Source: Vulcanisaeta distributa DSM 14429
GTDB lineage: Archaea; Thermoproteota; Thermoprotei; Thermoproteales; Thermocladiaceae
Direction of reading: 5' to 3'
DNA: 32,000 bases
Assembly (NCBI RefSeq): GCF_000148385.1
Contig: NC_014537.1
Coordinates: forward strand, 1,140,001 to 1,172,000
Positions within the stretch are counted from its first letter, which is position 1. Each line of letters opens with the position of its first letter. This document shows positions 1-8,701 of the stretch, piece by piece. The notes below the pieces were generated by a model. The model had not been told where the DNA came from, searched no databases, and saw nothing but the letters and a program-made list of their open reading frames with translations. The position numbers were made by a program, and so were the translations under genes.

Positions 1-1
1 A

Positions 2-76
2 GGCCCTAGGTTGGATGTGGGTGATGCGGTGGAGATTAGGATAGATAACGGGAAGTTGGAATTAGTTAAGGTTTAA
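2..76 (+). CDS. 3' end of a CDS running in from upstream; the C-terminus resembles an AbrB/SpoVT/MazE-type swapped-hairpin domain
   Basis: The open frame reads ...GPRLDVGDAVEIRIDNGKLELVKV and stops at TAA 74-76. The G-D-x-V-E-I ... G-K-hydrophobic tail is typical of AbrB-like antitoxins and regulators. Only 24 codons are visible. Confidence 0.3.
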   Translation, partial: GPRLDVGDAVEIRIDNGKLELVKV

Positions 77-80
77 TTTA

Positions 81-434
81 TTATATCTTTACATCAAACT
101 CCCTGCTTAAATTAAGTAAGTCCTTAAGTTTAATCCTTACATGCTTTCCATTCGGCAATGTCCTAACTATGATAAATGGAAGTAATCCCCTACGAACCTC
201 CTCCATCGCTATGTCTATTGGATCGAACGTACCCAGCTCCTGTGGATTAATGAGTGGTTGAGCTCCCATGGCTAATTGCTTTGCCCTTGCCGCCACTATC
301 CTGGCAAGTTCATACTTAGTTATCCTGGGTGGATATGTTAGCTTACCCTTAATTAAGTCACTAATTGTGTTTAAAATGCTCGCTAATGTATCCTCCTTAA
401 GGATTGAGTTCGAGGCTTGATTTGATGATGACAT
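81..434 (-). CDS. rpoK: DNA-directed RNA polymerase subunit K (Rpb6/omega homolog)
   Basis: 117-aa ORF. The core ITKYELARIVAARAKQLAMGAQPLI matches the conserved RpoK/Rpb6 motif (TxYExARhhGxRAxQLxxGA). Confidence 0.85.
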   Translation of the reverse strand: MSSSNQASNSILKEDTLASILNTISDLIKGKLTYPPRITKYELARIVAARAKQLAMGAQPLINPQELGTFDPIDIAMEEVRRGLLPFIIVRTLPNGKHVRIKLKDLLNLSREFDVKI

Positions 435-457
435 TGGAGAATACGGAAATAAAATCG

Positions 458-465
458 TTTAAAAA
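458..465 (-). promoter_or_regulatory. TATA box for rpoK (leaderless-type spacing)
   Basis: On the minus strand, TTTTTAAA is centred about 27 nt upstream of the ATG at 434. Confidence 0.4.
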
Positions 466-491
466 TCTAACTTTATGAATGCCAAATTTTA

Positions 492-2156
492 TTATTCAGA
501 CGATTTCGACTCGCTTTCCTCTCCGCCGCTCTCGGTCTTTGACTTGCCGGTACCACCTGTCTTTGTTTGGGCTGCGGCTACAATATCGTCAATCCTAAGT
601 ATCATTATTGCTGCCTCAGCGGCACTCCTAATTACGTGCGTCTTAACTAGGAGTGGGTCAACGACATTTATCTTAGCCATATTCGCGACCTTACCGCTTA
701 ACACATCAACGCCAGCATCAACCTCACCAGCATCATGCCTCCTCCTTAACTCAGCAATTGCATCCACTGGGTCTAAACCGGCGGTTAGGGCTAGTATTGT
801 TGGTATGTGCTCAAGGGCCTCGGCAAACTTAAGCACGGCTAACTGCTCCTTGCCAGGTAACTTCCTACCCCACTCCCTAAGTCTTCTCGCAATCTCCATC
901 TCAAAGGCTCCACCACCAGGTACGATCTTAGGCTCCCTGTATAGGTCCCTAATTACATGAAGCGCATCCTGCATTGATCTCTCGGCCTCATCAAGGATCC
1001 TATCCGCTGCACCCCTAAGTAGTATCGTGACTGCCCTCGGGTTCGGACACTGCTCGACAAACACCATCTTCTCCTCACCAACCTTCCTCTCCTCAACAAG
1101 CCCAGCAGTGCCAAGGTCCTCGGGCCTTATATCCTTAATACTGGTAACTATCTTAGCTCCAGTGGCCTTAGCAAGCTTCTCAATGTCGCTCCTCTTAACC
1201 CTCCTAACAGCCATAATACCCTTCTTAGCCAGGTAGTGCTGGGCAACCTCGTCAATTCCCTTCTGCGTTATAACTACATTAGCGCCGATCTCGGCGAGCT
1301 TATCAACGTAGGACTTCAGTATGTTGGACTCCTCCTCAAGGAATGCCTTTATCTGCTGTGGCGATGAGACTGATATCTTCGTAGTCCACTCAGGTTTCTC
1401 AATCTCAAGCGGCGCATCTAGGACTGCGATCTTAGCGTTAACAACCCTCTTGGGCATCCCTGGGTGAACAACCTCCTTATCAAGCACAATACCCTGTATT
1501 AGCTGGGTCTCAAAGAGTGACTGGCCCTTCTTCTTCTCGATCTTAATCCAGTCTAGGTCGAGGTTATACTTATCGCCGATTTTCTCCACGGCTATGGCGG
1601 ATGCATCAACGGCAATTTTCGCTAGGTAGTCCCTGGCCTCGGCAACGATCTTACTACTTAATGAGTTCATTGCGACTAGGGCCAGTTGGTTCTTGTCCTC
1701 AACATTTATTGGCTGTGCAATCTCATTGGCGACTTGTATTGCGTAATCCATGGCCTTCTTATAACCATCAATGATTATTGTCGGGTGAATACCCTCGTCA
1801 AGGAGCTCCTCCGCAAGTTCCAGCAACCTGCCTGCCAGCACAACCGCCGTTGTTGTTCCATCACCAACCTCCGCGTCCTGGGCCTTGGCAACCTCAATTA
1901 GTAGCTTAGCAGCTGGGTGTTGAACCTCCATCTCCTTTAGTATTGCGGCTCCATCGCCCGTTATTGTTACGTCACCAAAGGCATCAATGAGCATCTTATC
2001 CATACCCCTAGGGCCTAGGCTTGTCGATAGTATTTCGGCAATTACCTTGGCAGCCATTATGTTGCTTCTCCTTGCATCTGCGCCGGTTGTTCTTTGTGAA
2101 CCCTCCTTAAGAACCATCACTGGTACTCCTCCCCTCTGCTGTGTACCGCTGCTCAT
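492..2156 (-). CDS. ths: Thermosome subunit (group II chaperonin, CCT/TCP-1 family)
   Basis: 554 aa. It carries [16 protein letters not shown] and VPGGGA motifs and a Gly/Ser/Glu-rich C-terminal tail, all typical of archaeal thermosome subunits. Confidence 0.95.
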   Translation of the reverse strand: MSSGTQQRGGVPVMVLKEGSQRTTGADARRSNIMAAKVIAEILSTSLGPRGMDKMLIDAFGDVTITGDGAAILKEMEVQHPAAKLLIEVAKAQDAEVGDGTTTAVVLAGRLLELAEELLDEGIHPTIIIDGYKKAMDYAIQVANEIAQPINVEDKNQLALVAMNSLSSKIVAEARDYLAKIAVDASAIAVEKIGDKYNLDLDWIKIEKKKGQSLFETQLIQGIVLDKEVVHPGMPKRVVNAKIAVLDAPLEIEKPEWTTKISVSSPQQIKAFLEEESNILKSYVDKLAEIGANVVITQKGIDEVAQHYLAKKGIMAVRRVKRSDIEKLAKATGAKIVTSIKDIRPEDLGTAGLVEERKVGEEKMVFVEQCPNPRAVTILLRGAADRILDEAERSMQDALHVIRDLYREPKIVPGGGAFEMEIARRLREWGRKLPGKEQLAVLKFAEALEHIPTILALTAGLDPVDAIAELRRRHDAGEVDAGVDVLSGKVANMAKINVVDPLLVKTHVIRSAAEAAIMILRIDDIVAAAQTKTGGTGKSKTESGGEESESKSSE

Positions 2157-2178
2157 CGGCGACTCCGTAAAGCACTTC

Positions 2179-2186
2179 TATAAAAA
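2179..2186 (-). promoter_or_regulatory. TATA box for the thermosome gene
   Basis: On the minus strand, TTTTTATA is followed by 22 nt and then the ATG at 2156. Confidence 0.45.
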
Positions 2187-2245
2187 CCTTTCTTCAAATA
2201 AAGCGAGTAAAAAATAAGTAGTGCTGCGGTGACTCCGCTGATTTA

Positions 2246-2680
2246 ATGGACATAGGGCATATATTAACTATACTCATATTAACATCGCTATTTGTAATAC
2301 CGTGGGCAGTCGTTAGTTCGTATTCAATGGAACCAACGCTTGAGGTTGGGGATTTAGTCGTAATGATACCACCAAGTCAACCCTGTAGCTCGTTAGTAGG
2401 TCATGTGGCGATCTACTACTCACCTGAATTTAATGATTACATAGTGCATAGGGTAATTGCCATCAATAACGCGCAGAAATGCACATACGTCTTTAAGGGT
2501 GATGCGAACCCAGTGCCTGACCCATATTCAGTACCTTACGGTAATATTGTCGGTGTTGTTGTCCTTGTAATACCACAGTTAGGTCTCCTAAGTCTTTCGT
2601 ACAGGACATTTACGGCTGCACTGTACATACTAGGTCTCATTATCCTGGTAATTATTCCTGCATACCTGCTTGATAAGTAA
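2246..2680 (+). CDS. Signal peptidase I, archaeal/eukaryotic type (S26B, Sec11-like)
   Basis: 144 aa. An N-terminal TM segment is followed by the catalytic Ser box SYSMEPTLEVGDLV, the His box YIVHRVI and the KGDANPVPD box, then a C-terminal TM segment. Confidence 0.75.
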   Translation: MDIGHILTILILTSLFVIPWAVVSSYSMEPTLEVGDLVVMIPPSQPCSSLVGHVAIYYSPEFNDYIVHRVIAINNAQKCTYVFKGDANPVPDPYSVPYGNIVGVVVLVIPQLGLLSLSYRTFTAALYILGLIILVIIPAYLLDK

Positions 2681-2730
2681 TTACTTTCCATGAGGAAAAA
2701 TGTATTAAGTCTCACGAGTCAGGTCTTTTA

Positions 2731-3285
2731 ATGGGAGAGGAGGTTCGGGATATAACGACTAAGTTGAGTGGTCGTGAGTACATAAGGGGTAAGGACGGTA
2801 GGGTGTTTGTGCTTAGGGAGTTTGAGATAACGGACTTGAATACGGTAGTAATGATAAACAGGAGGGTGCTACCCGAGAATTACCCTGAGTTCTTCTTCGT
2901 GGAGCATTATAGAAGCTTTCCCAAGGCCTTCATAGTGGCTGAGCTTAACGGTAATGTGGTTGGTTATATGATGAATAGGGTTGAGTTTGGCTGGAGCTAT
3001 ATCTGGAGGGGTAAACCAACCAGGAAGGGTCATGTGATATCCATTGGCGTACTACCTGAAGCGAGGAGGTTAGGCATTGCGTATAACATGATGATTAGGG
3101 GTATGAGGGCTATGAAACACTTCTACGGTGCAGAGGAGGTCTACCTGGAGGTTAGGGTTTCTAACACGCCCGCCATTAATCTCTACAAGAAATTGAACTA
3201 TAAAATAGTCGACTTAATAAAGGGTTATTACCACGATGGTGAGGACGCATACATAATGGCTAGGTCACTCGAGGATTTTGAGTAG
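2731..3285 (+). CDS. GNAT family N-acetyltransferase (RimI/Ard1-like N-alpha-acetyltransferase)
   Basis: 184 aa. It has the acetyl-CoA binding motif VLPEARRLGIAYNMM (Q/RxxGxG/A-like) and the downstream EVRVSNTPAINLYKKLNYK motif typical of GNAT motifs A and B. Confidence 0.75.
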   Translation: MGEEVRDITTKLSGREYIRGKDGRVFVLREFEITDLNTVVMINRRVLPENYPEFFFVEHYRSFPKAFIVAELNGNVVGYMMNRVEFGWSYIWRGKPTRKGHVISIGVLPEARRLGIAYNMMIRGMRAMKHFYGAEEVYLEVRVSNTPAINLYKKLNYKIVDLIKGYYHDGEDAYIMARSLEDFE

Positions 3286-3290
3286 TACCA

Positions 3291-4535
3291 TTACTCACCA
3301 AACTTCTCGAGAGTACCTAGGTAATTAGCTATTATGTTCATAACGTCAATACCCCTAATCCTACTCCAAAAGCCCTTGGCACAAGCTCTCTCACTGAACT
3401 GAGTAACGTCATCTCTCATGACATCAGGTCCCCACGCCATAAATGGCACGGGATCACCCGTATGTTCCCTAACAGTTATTGGCGTTGCATGGTCGCAGGT
3501 TATGAACACATATGTGTCGCTGGGTGCCTCCTCAAGGAACCTCCTAATACCTGCATCAACTCTCTCAATAATCATTGCCTTACCTCTGGCATCACCATCA
3601 TGAGACATGGAGTCTGTGGGCTTTACATGGACAAATACGAAATCGTAATTATTCAAGGCCCTAGCAGCTGCCTGAAACGCGGCTATGAAGTCGTCATCCT
3701 TAGAACCAATGTAATTATCAACATTTATCGCATCCATACCCAATGCCCTACCAATACCCCTAATCAATGCAACGCCAGCTATTATCGCTGGCTTAATCCT
3801 ATATCTTAGGCTCAGTGGTTCGAAGTTCCTTAAAGAACCTGCACCCCTAAGGAGGACCATGTTTATTGGGCCCTTACCCTCCCTCCTCCTCTTCTCATTA
3901 AACTCCGCCTTGCTTAACTTTTCATAGACGAGCTTTGTAAATTCATTAATGTAATTAGCTGTGACCTTAGCATCATCACTTAAGGCCTTAGCCTCTGAAA
4001 CCCTAACACCAGTTACGTGAGGATCAGTATCAGTAATGTGTGGTGATACATTACCTCTAAGGACGAGGACGCCCCTATGCTCTACGGTTTGTTTATAAAC
4101 CGCATCAATGCCATACTTACTCCTCAGTATTGGCAATACCTCATTATTAATTATGTTCTCTATTTCCTTAACCTCAGCAGGGTCTATGTACCTACCACCT
4201 CTTCTATCGACAACGACTAAATCACTATTAACCGTGGCCACGTTAGTCCTAAATGCAACATCTCCAGGGTTAAGCGTTAATCCCGCACCCAATGCCTCAA
4301 ACGGCCCCCTACCGGGGTAGTACTTGTATGGGTCATAACCAAAGATGGCAAGGTGAGCCGTGTCACTACCTGGTCTAATACCTGGTGATATGACGTCCAT
4401 GAGACCGCATGATCCCTCAGCAACCAACCTATCAATAGTGGGTTTAACGGCAAACTCTAACGGGGTCTTTCCACCAAGTTCCTTAACCGGTCTATCGGCA
4501 CAGCCGTCTAGGACCACCAGTAATGCCCTAGGCAT
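3291..4535 (-). CDS. apgM: 2,3-bisphosphoglycerate-independent phosphoglycerate mutase, archaeal type
   Basis: It shows LLVVLDGCADRP...GKTPLE at the N-terminus, SDTAHLAIFGYDP, and CDHATP...HTGDPVPF near the C-terminus. The track ORF starts at GTG 4547. I prefer ATG 4535 because a TATA box sits about 25 nt upstream of it. Confidence 0.85.
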   Translation of the reverse strand: MPRALLVVLDGCADRPVKELGGKTPLEFAVKPTIDRLVAEGSCGLMDVISPGIRPGSDTAHLAIFGYDPYKYYPGRGPFEALGAGLTLNPGDVAFRTNVATVNSDLVVVDRRGGRYIDPAEVKEIENIINNEVLPILRSKYGIDAVYKQTVEHRGVLVLRGNVSPHITDTDPHVTGVRVSEAKALSDDAKVTANYINEFTKLVYEKLSKAEFNEKRRREGKGPINMVLLRGAGSLRNFEPLSLRYRIKPAIIAGVALIRGIGRALGMDAINVDNYIGSKDDDFIAAFQAAARALNNYDFVFVHVKPTDSMSHDGDARGKAMIIERVDAGIRRFLEEAPSDTYVFITCDHATPITVREHTGDPVPFMAWGPDVMRDDVTQFSERACAKGFWSRIRGIDVMNIIANYLGTLEKFGE

Positions 4536-4555
4536 ACGTAACACCACACTAAGCT

Positions 4556-4563
4556 TATTAAAA
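4556..4563 (-). promoter_or_regulatory. TATA box for apgM
   Basis: On the minus strand, TTTTAATA is followed by 20 nt and then the ATG at 4535. Confidence 0.4.
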
Positions 4564-4582
4564 GCATTTACTTTAAATGAGC

Positions 4583-4912
4583 CTATTCTCGCCTTAATGC
4601 CTCATCAATCCACCTTAAGTATCCATCAAAACCGCCAATTATCGGCAGTGCAATAATCTCAGGGACCTTATACGGATGTCTCTCCCTAATGAATATCACT
4701 AAATCATTAAGCTTATCCTTCCTTGACTTAATAATGAGCAATGCCTCATTGTCTTCCTCGACCCTTCCCTCCCAATAATAAATACTCCTTAACCCATCAA
4801 TTACGTTAACGCACGCAGCTAATTTATTATTAACGAGAGATTTAGCAATTTCAACACCCACATCCCTATTAGGCACTGTGACGAAGACAACTACATACTC
4901 ATACTCACTCAT
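4583..4912 (-). CDS. cutA: Divalent-cation tolerance protein CutA
   Basis: 109 aa. VTVPN...AKSLVNNKLAACVNVI...SIYYWEGRVEEDNEALLIIKS is the canonical CutA1 signature. Confidence 0.85.
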   Translation of the reverse strand: MSEYEYVVVFVTVPNRDVGVEIAKSLVNNKLAACVNVIDGLRSIYYWEGRVEEDNEALLIIKSRKDKLNDLVIFIRERHPYKVPEIIALPIIGGFDGYLRWIDEALRRE

Positions 4913-5029
4913 AATTCCCCACCACCTACATTAATCAACATACTAAAGCATTATCTTTTCATGGACTGAGATAAATGGATAATGAACATCATAATAATGT
5001 TTAAATGTGAAATAACTAATGCCACCCTG

Positions 5030-5977
5030 ATGGAGTACATAAATCTTGGTAAGACTAGCTTGAAAATATCGAGGATTGGACTTGGCGCCTGGCAATTCGG
5101 TGGTGATGCCTGGGGCCCCTATGAATATGGCATTGCCAAGGAAGTTATTGGTAAGGCTGTGGAACTTGGTATAAACTTCATAGATACTGCGGCTGTTTAT
5201 GGGCGTGGCCGTAGTGAGGAGTTTGTGGGCAGGGCAATTAGGGAGTTGGGTATTAGGGAGCACGTGGTCATCGCCACTAAAATACCGGGTGATTGGCATA
5301 GATATGATGATGTCCTTAAGGCAGCGAGGCGGAGTAGGGAGAGGCTTGGTGTGGACGTTATTGATCTCCTTCAGCTTCATTGGCCTGCCTGTTGGCATAA
5401 TGTACCAATTTGCGAGACGATGAAGGCGATGGAGAAGCTGGTTGAGGATGGCGTGATTAGGTTCATTGGTGTTAGTAATTATCCATTACAACTCCTTGAG
5501 GCTGCGCGTTCATGTCTTAAGAGGAGTGAAATAGTGAGTTCCCAGAACAGGTATAACTTAATTGAAAGAGATATCGAGAAGGAACTCCTACCCTACCTTC
5601 AACGTGAGGGAATTACGCTTATTGCCTGGAGCCCATTGGCGAAGGGTGCAGTAACTGGTAAGTACAGCCCTGAGAATAGGCCTAAGGGCGATCTAAGGGA
5701 GAATGAGCCTGTTTTCTATCCCGATAATCTTAGGGAAATAACCACGAAGTTAATACCCGTGATTAAGGAGTTGGCGAGTAAATACGGTAAGACCCCTGCT
5801 CAGATCGCGCTTAATTGGCTCGTAATGCATGATAACGTGGTGCCAATACCTGGAGCTAAGAATGCCGCGCAAGTCGTGGAAAACGCCGGTGCGGTTGGTT
5901 GGAGACTGAGTGAGGATGACTTTAGGAGGCTCACGGCTGCAAGTAATTCCTTAGTTATAACGTATGTCACCTGGTAA
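5030..5977 (+). CDS. Aldo/keto reductase family oxidoreductase
   Basis: It shows GLGAWQFGG, INFIDTAAVYGRGRSEE, DLLQLHWP, GVSNY and IPGAKN motifs. The track ORF starts at 4982. ATG 5030 is preferred because TTTAAAT at 5000-5006 lies about 27 nt upstream. Confidence 0.85.
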   Translation: MEYINLGKTSLKISRIGLGAWQFGGDAWGPYEYGIAKEVIGKAVELGINFIDTAAVYGRGRSEEFVGRAIRELGIREHVVIATKIPGDWHRYDDVLKAARRSRERLGVDVIDLLQLHWPACWHNVPICETMKAMEKLVEDGVIRFIGVSNYPLQLLEAARSCLKRSEIVSSQNRYNLIERDIEKELLPYLQREGITLIAWSPLAKGAVTGKYSPENRPKGDLRENEPVFYPDNLREITTKLIPVIKELASKYGKTPAQIALNWLVMHDNVVPIPGAKNAAQVVENAGAVGWRLSEDDFRRLTAASNSLVITYVTW

Positions 5978-6042
5978 TTCTTGAAATCTATGTGAATAAT
6001 GAATTTAGTTTTATTTAGGACTTAAAATTGGTAAGTCATTGT

Positions 6043-6660
6043 ATGAAGCTTCCCAAAGGAATTTACGGTATAACGGATACCAGTTATACTATAAAGAATC
6101 ACGTTGAGGCAGCCAGGGCATTCCTCGAGGGTGGGGTTAGGATTGTTCAGTATAGGCGTAAGGAGGGCAGTATTAGGGTCATGCTTGAGGAGGCTAGGGC
6201 CATTAGGAGGCTTTGTAATGAGTATGGAGCTGTATTTATCGTTGATGATAGGGTTGACATAGCAATACTAAGCGATGCGGATGGAGTCCACGTGGGTCTT
6301 GATGATGCGCCTGTGGATGAGATTAGGAGGAGATTCGGCGGTTTAATAATTGGTGCAAGTGCCAGTACTGTTGATGAGGCATTGCAGGGTGAGAGGGCGG
6401 GCGCCAATTATATAGGCGCCGGCTCAGTGTTTCCGAGCCCGACAAGGCCCGATTACAGAATAACTGGGCTGGATGGATTGAGGAGCATCGTTAGGTCGGT
6501 CAATATACCGGTCTACGCCATAGGCGGTATAACGCTTGAGAGTATACCAGCGATTAAGGCAACGGGTGCCTGGGGCGCCGCGGTTATCTCGGGAATACTT
6601 GCCGCCAAGGACCCAGTTAAGATGGCTAGGGCATTCGTCGAGGCTTGGGAGAATGCGTAG
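6043..6660 (+). CDS. thiE: Thiamine-phosphate synthase
   Basis: It shows GIYGITD, VQYRRKE, IVDDRVDIA, DGVHVGLDD, GASA, GAGSVFPSPT and YAIGGI motifs. The track starts at TTG 6028. ATG 6043 has a TATA-like TTTTATTTA at 6009-6017. Confidence 0.85.
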   Translation: MKLPKGIYGITDTSYTIKNHVEAARAFLEGGVRIVQYRRKEGSIRVMLEEARAIRRLCNEYGAVFIVDDRVDIAILSDADGVHVGLDDAPVDEIRRRFGGLIIGASASTVDEALQGERAGANYIGAGSVFPSPTRPDYRITGLDGLRSIVRSVNIPVYAIGGITLESIPAIKATGAWGAAVISGILAAKDPVKMARAFVEAWENA

Positions 6661-6781
6661 TTCTTTCTATTGGGGTAGTTCTATACTTAATACATAATGG
6701 TTTACACCGAGATATATATTGGATAATGCTTATTAATAATTGATATTTAGCAAATAAAACGTGGCAACTACTACACCTCAA

Positions 6782-7414
6782 ATGAGCAGGGGGGAGGGGG
6801 AGGTTGCCAGGCACTACGTAAATGCCATAGTTAAGCTTGTGATATATATAATCGTATACGTGGTGGTAGCCGCCATAGTTCACTGGATAATAACGTCCTT
6901 ATTACCGATGTTTGGCATAAATGTTAAGCCGTATGAGGGTTACGTAAATGTACTGCTTGCGCTTGCCTTTGGCTACCTAATCGTGTCAGCCTTTGCTGAC
7001 GTCATTTATTGGGCTATGAGGTTTAGGTATGACCACCCAACTGCTAGGGCTATGAGGAATGTATTTCTGCTAATAGGTATTGGCGCATTGGTTGCTGGCA
7101 TTGCGGGTGCTATTGGCGGTGGAGTTGCAGGCGTGGCTGTGGGCGGCTTTCTCGGCATTGTAATTGGTTTCGCAGTCCAACAGGTCCTTGGGCAAGCAGT
7201 GGCTGGCTTATTCCTGCTATTGGCTAGGCCATTTAAGATAAGTGATCACGTTAATTTACTTGGTGAGGATGGTATCGTTAATGACGTCGCAATATTATTC
7301 ACTGAGGTTATTAAGAGTGATGGTACTAAAGTCCTGATACCTAATAATTCAATAATTGGTAATAAGATATACCTACTGCCTAAGCAGCAGCCTCAGCAGC
7401 AACAGCAGAAGTAA
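6782..7414 (+). CDS. Small mechanosensitive-channel (MscS-like) membrane protein with a Gln-rich C-terminal tail
   Basis: It has three to four hydrophobic segments, a Gly-rich pore-like helix (GIGALVAGIAGAIGGGVAGVAVGGFLGIV) and FKISDHVNLLGEDGIVNDVAILFTEVIKSDGTKVLIPNNSII, which resembles the MscS beta domain. The alternative start is GTG 6761. ATG 6782 has AAATAAAA about 27 nt upstream. Confidence 0.55.
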   Translation: MSRGEGEVARHYVNAIVKLVIYIIVYVVVAAIVHWIITSLLPMFGINVKPYEGYVNVLLALAFGYLIVSAFADVIYWAMRFRYDHPTARAMRNVFLLIGIGALVAGIAGAIGGGVAGVAVGGFLGIVIGFAVQQVLGQAVAGLFLLLARPFKISDHVNLLGEDGIVNDVAILFTEVIKSDGTKVLIPNNSIIGNKIYLLPKQQPQQQQQK

Positions 7415-7473
7415 TCGTTTGGTTAAAAAATACAATATTAAATTTATTAATTGGTATCATTTCCTTACTTCCC

Positions 7474-8691
7474 GTGCCTTTACAAAGCCATGTTCAAATA
7501 GGTATCGTAGGTAAGCCTAACGTTGGCAAGTCCACATTCTTTGCTGCGGCAACGATGATCGACGTTAAGATTGCACCGTACCCATTCACAACGATAGAGC
7601 CTAATGTGGGTATTGGGTATGTTAGGATACCCTGCGTGTGCAGGGACCTTGGCGTTAAGGATAACCCCAGGAACTCCATATGCATCGAGGGTAATAGGTT
7701 CATACCCGTGGAATTAATAGACGTCGCCGGCCTAGTCCCCGGGGCTTGGCAGGGCAGGGGACTTGGTAATCAGTTTCTTGATCATTTAAGGAGAGCCCCT
7801 GTGCTTATTCATGTAGTTGACATGGCGGGCGCAACGGATGAGGAGGGTAGGTTAGTTAAGCCTGGCTCTCATGATCCATTGGTTGATATTGAGTTTCTTA
7901 GTAATGAGGTTACCATGTGGATGGTCCAAATGCTCAGTAAGGATTGGGATAAGCTTGTCAGGCTTGTGGATTACGCGAAGAAGCCACTACTCGATGTATT
8001 ATATGATAGGTTCAGTGGGCTTGGTATAACCCAGGCGCAAATAAGCGATGCCCTAACTAAGTTAGGTCTCGATAAGAAGCCACCCAGTAAGTGGGGTGAT
8101 GATGATATTAAGGGCTTCGTATCAATGCTTAGAGAGTTAAGTAAGCCAATGGTAATCGCGGCTAATAAGATGGATATTCCCGAGGCCGAGGACAACTATA
8201 AAAGGGTTGTTAAGGAGGTCGGTAATAGGTATAGGATTATCCCAGTAAGTGCGGATTACGAACTTGCATTGAGAAGGGCTGCCAAGGCTAACCTAATTAA
8301 GTACATACCTGGTGATGATGACTTCGAGATCATATCAACCAATCTAACTAAGCCTCAAAAGGATGCCCTGGAGAGGATTAGGGACTTCATGCATAAGTGG
8401 GGTGGTACCGGCGTTATCAAGGCGTTAAATACTGCCGTGTTTGACGTACTCGGCATGATCGCAGTCTACCCAGTGGCTGATGAGAAAAAGTTTACGGATA
8501 CTGAAGGTAACGTATTACCTGACGTATTATTACTACCCAGAGACGCCACCGTCCTTGATCTAGCTAAGGCAATTCATAGCGAAATTGCTGAGAAGGCAGT
8601 TACGGGTGTTGACGCGATTACGGGTAGGAGACTTGGTGTTAACTCGAAGCTTTGGCATAGGGCCGTCGTGAGAATTTACGTATCAAAGTAA
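7474..8691 (+). CDS. Obg-family P-loop GTPase (YchF/OLA1-like, archaeal form) with a C-terminal TGS domain
   Basis: G1 is GKPNVGKST, G2 is PFTTIEPN, G3 is DVAGLV and G4 is NKMD. The C-terminal part is TGS-like. The start codon is GTG. Confidence 0.8.
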   Translation: MPLQSHVQIGIVGKPNVGKSTFFAAATMIDVKIAPYPFTTIEPNVGIGYVRIPCVCRDLGVKDNPRNSICIEGNRFIPVELIDVAGLVPGAWQGRGLGNQFLDHLRRAPVLIHVVDMAGATDEEGRLVKPGSHDPLVDIEFLSNEVTMWMVQMLSKDWDKLVRLVDYAKKPLLDVLYDRFSGLGITQAQISDALTKLGLDKKPPSKWGDDDIKGFVSMLRELSKPMVIAANKMDIPEAEDNYKRVVKEVGNRYRIIPVSADYELALRRAAKANLIKYIPGDDDFEIISTNLTKPQKDALERIRDFMHKWGGTGVIKALNTAVFDVLGMIAVYPVADEKKFTDTEGNVLPDVLLLPRDATVLDLAKAIHSEIAEKAVTGVDAITGRRLGVNSKLWHRAVVRIYVSK

Positions 8692-8701
8692 TGCGGTTCC
8701 T

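Noticed and set aside
475-2217. + strand ORFs of 69-161 aa (475-960, 1027-1236, 1686-1901, 1987-2217) antisense to the thermosome gene
   Set aside because: They lie entirely or mostly inside a high-confidence conserved CDS on the other strand. Their translations are low-complexity Ser/Leu/Pro/Thr-rich, as expected for antisense frames of a GAR/AAG-rich gene, and none has a promoter.
4943-5398. 151-aa minus-strand ORF overlapping the 5' half of the aldo/keto reductase
   Set aside because: The + strand frame has unmistakable AKR motifs. The minus-strand product has no recognisable features.
6626-6883. 85-aa minus-strand ORF spanning the thiE / MscS-like intergenic region
   Set aside because: It overlaps the ends of two supported genes and crosses their promoter region. 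Its composition is atypical and it has no motif.
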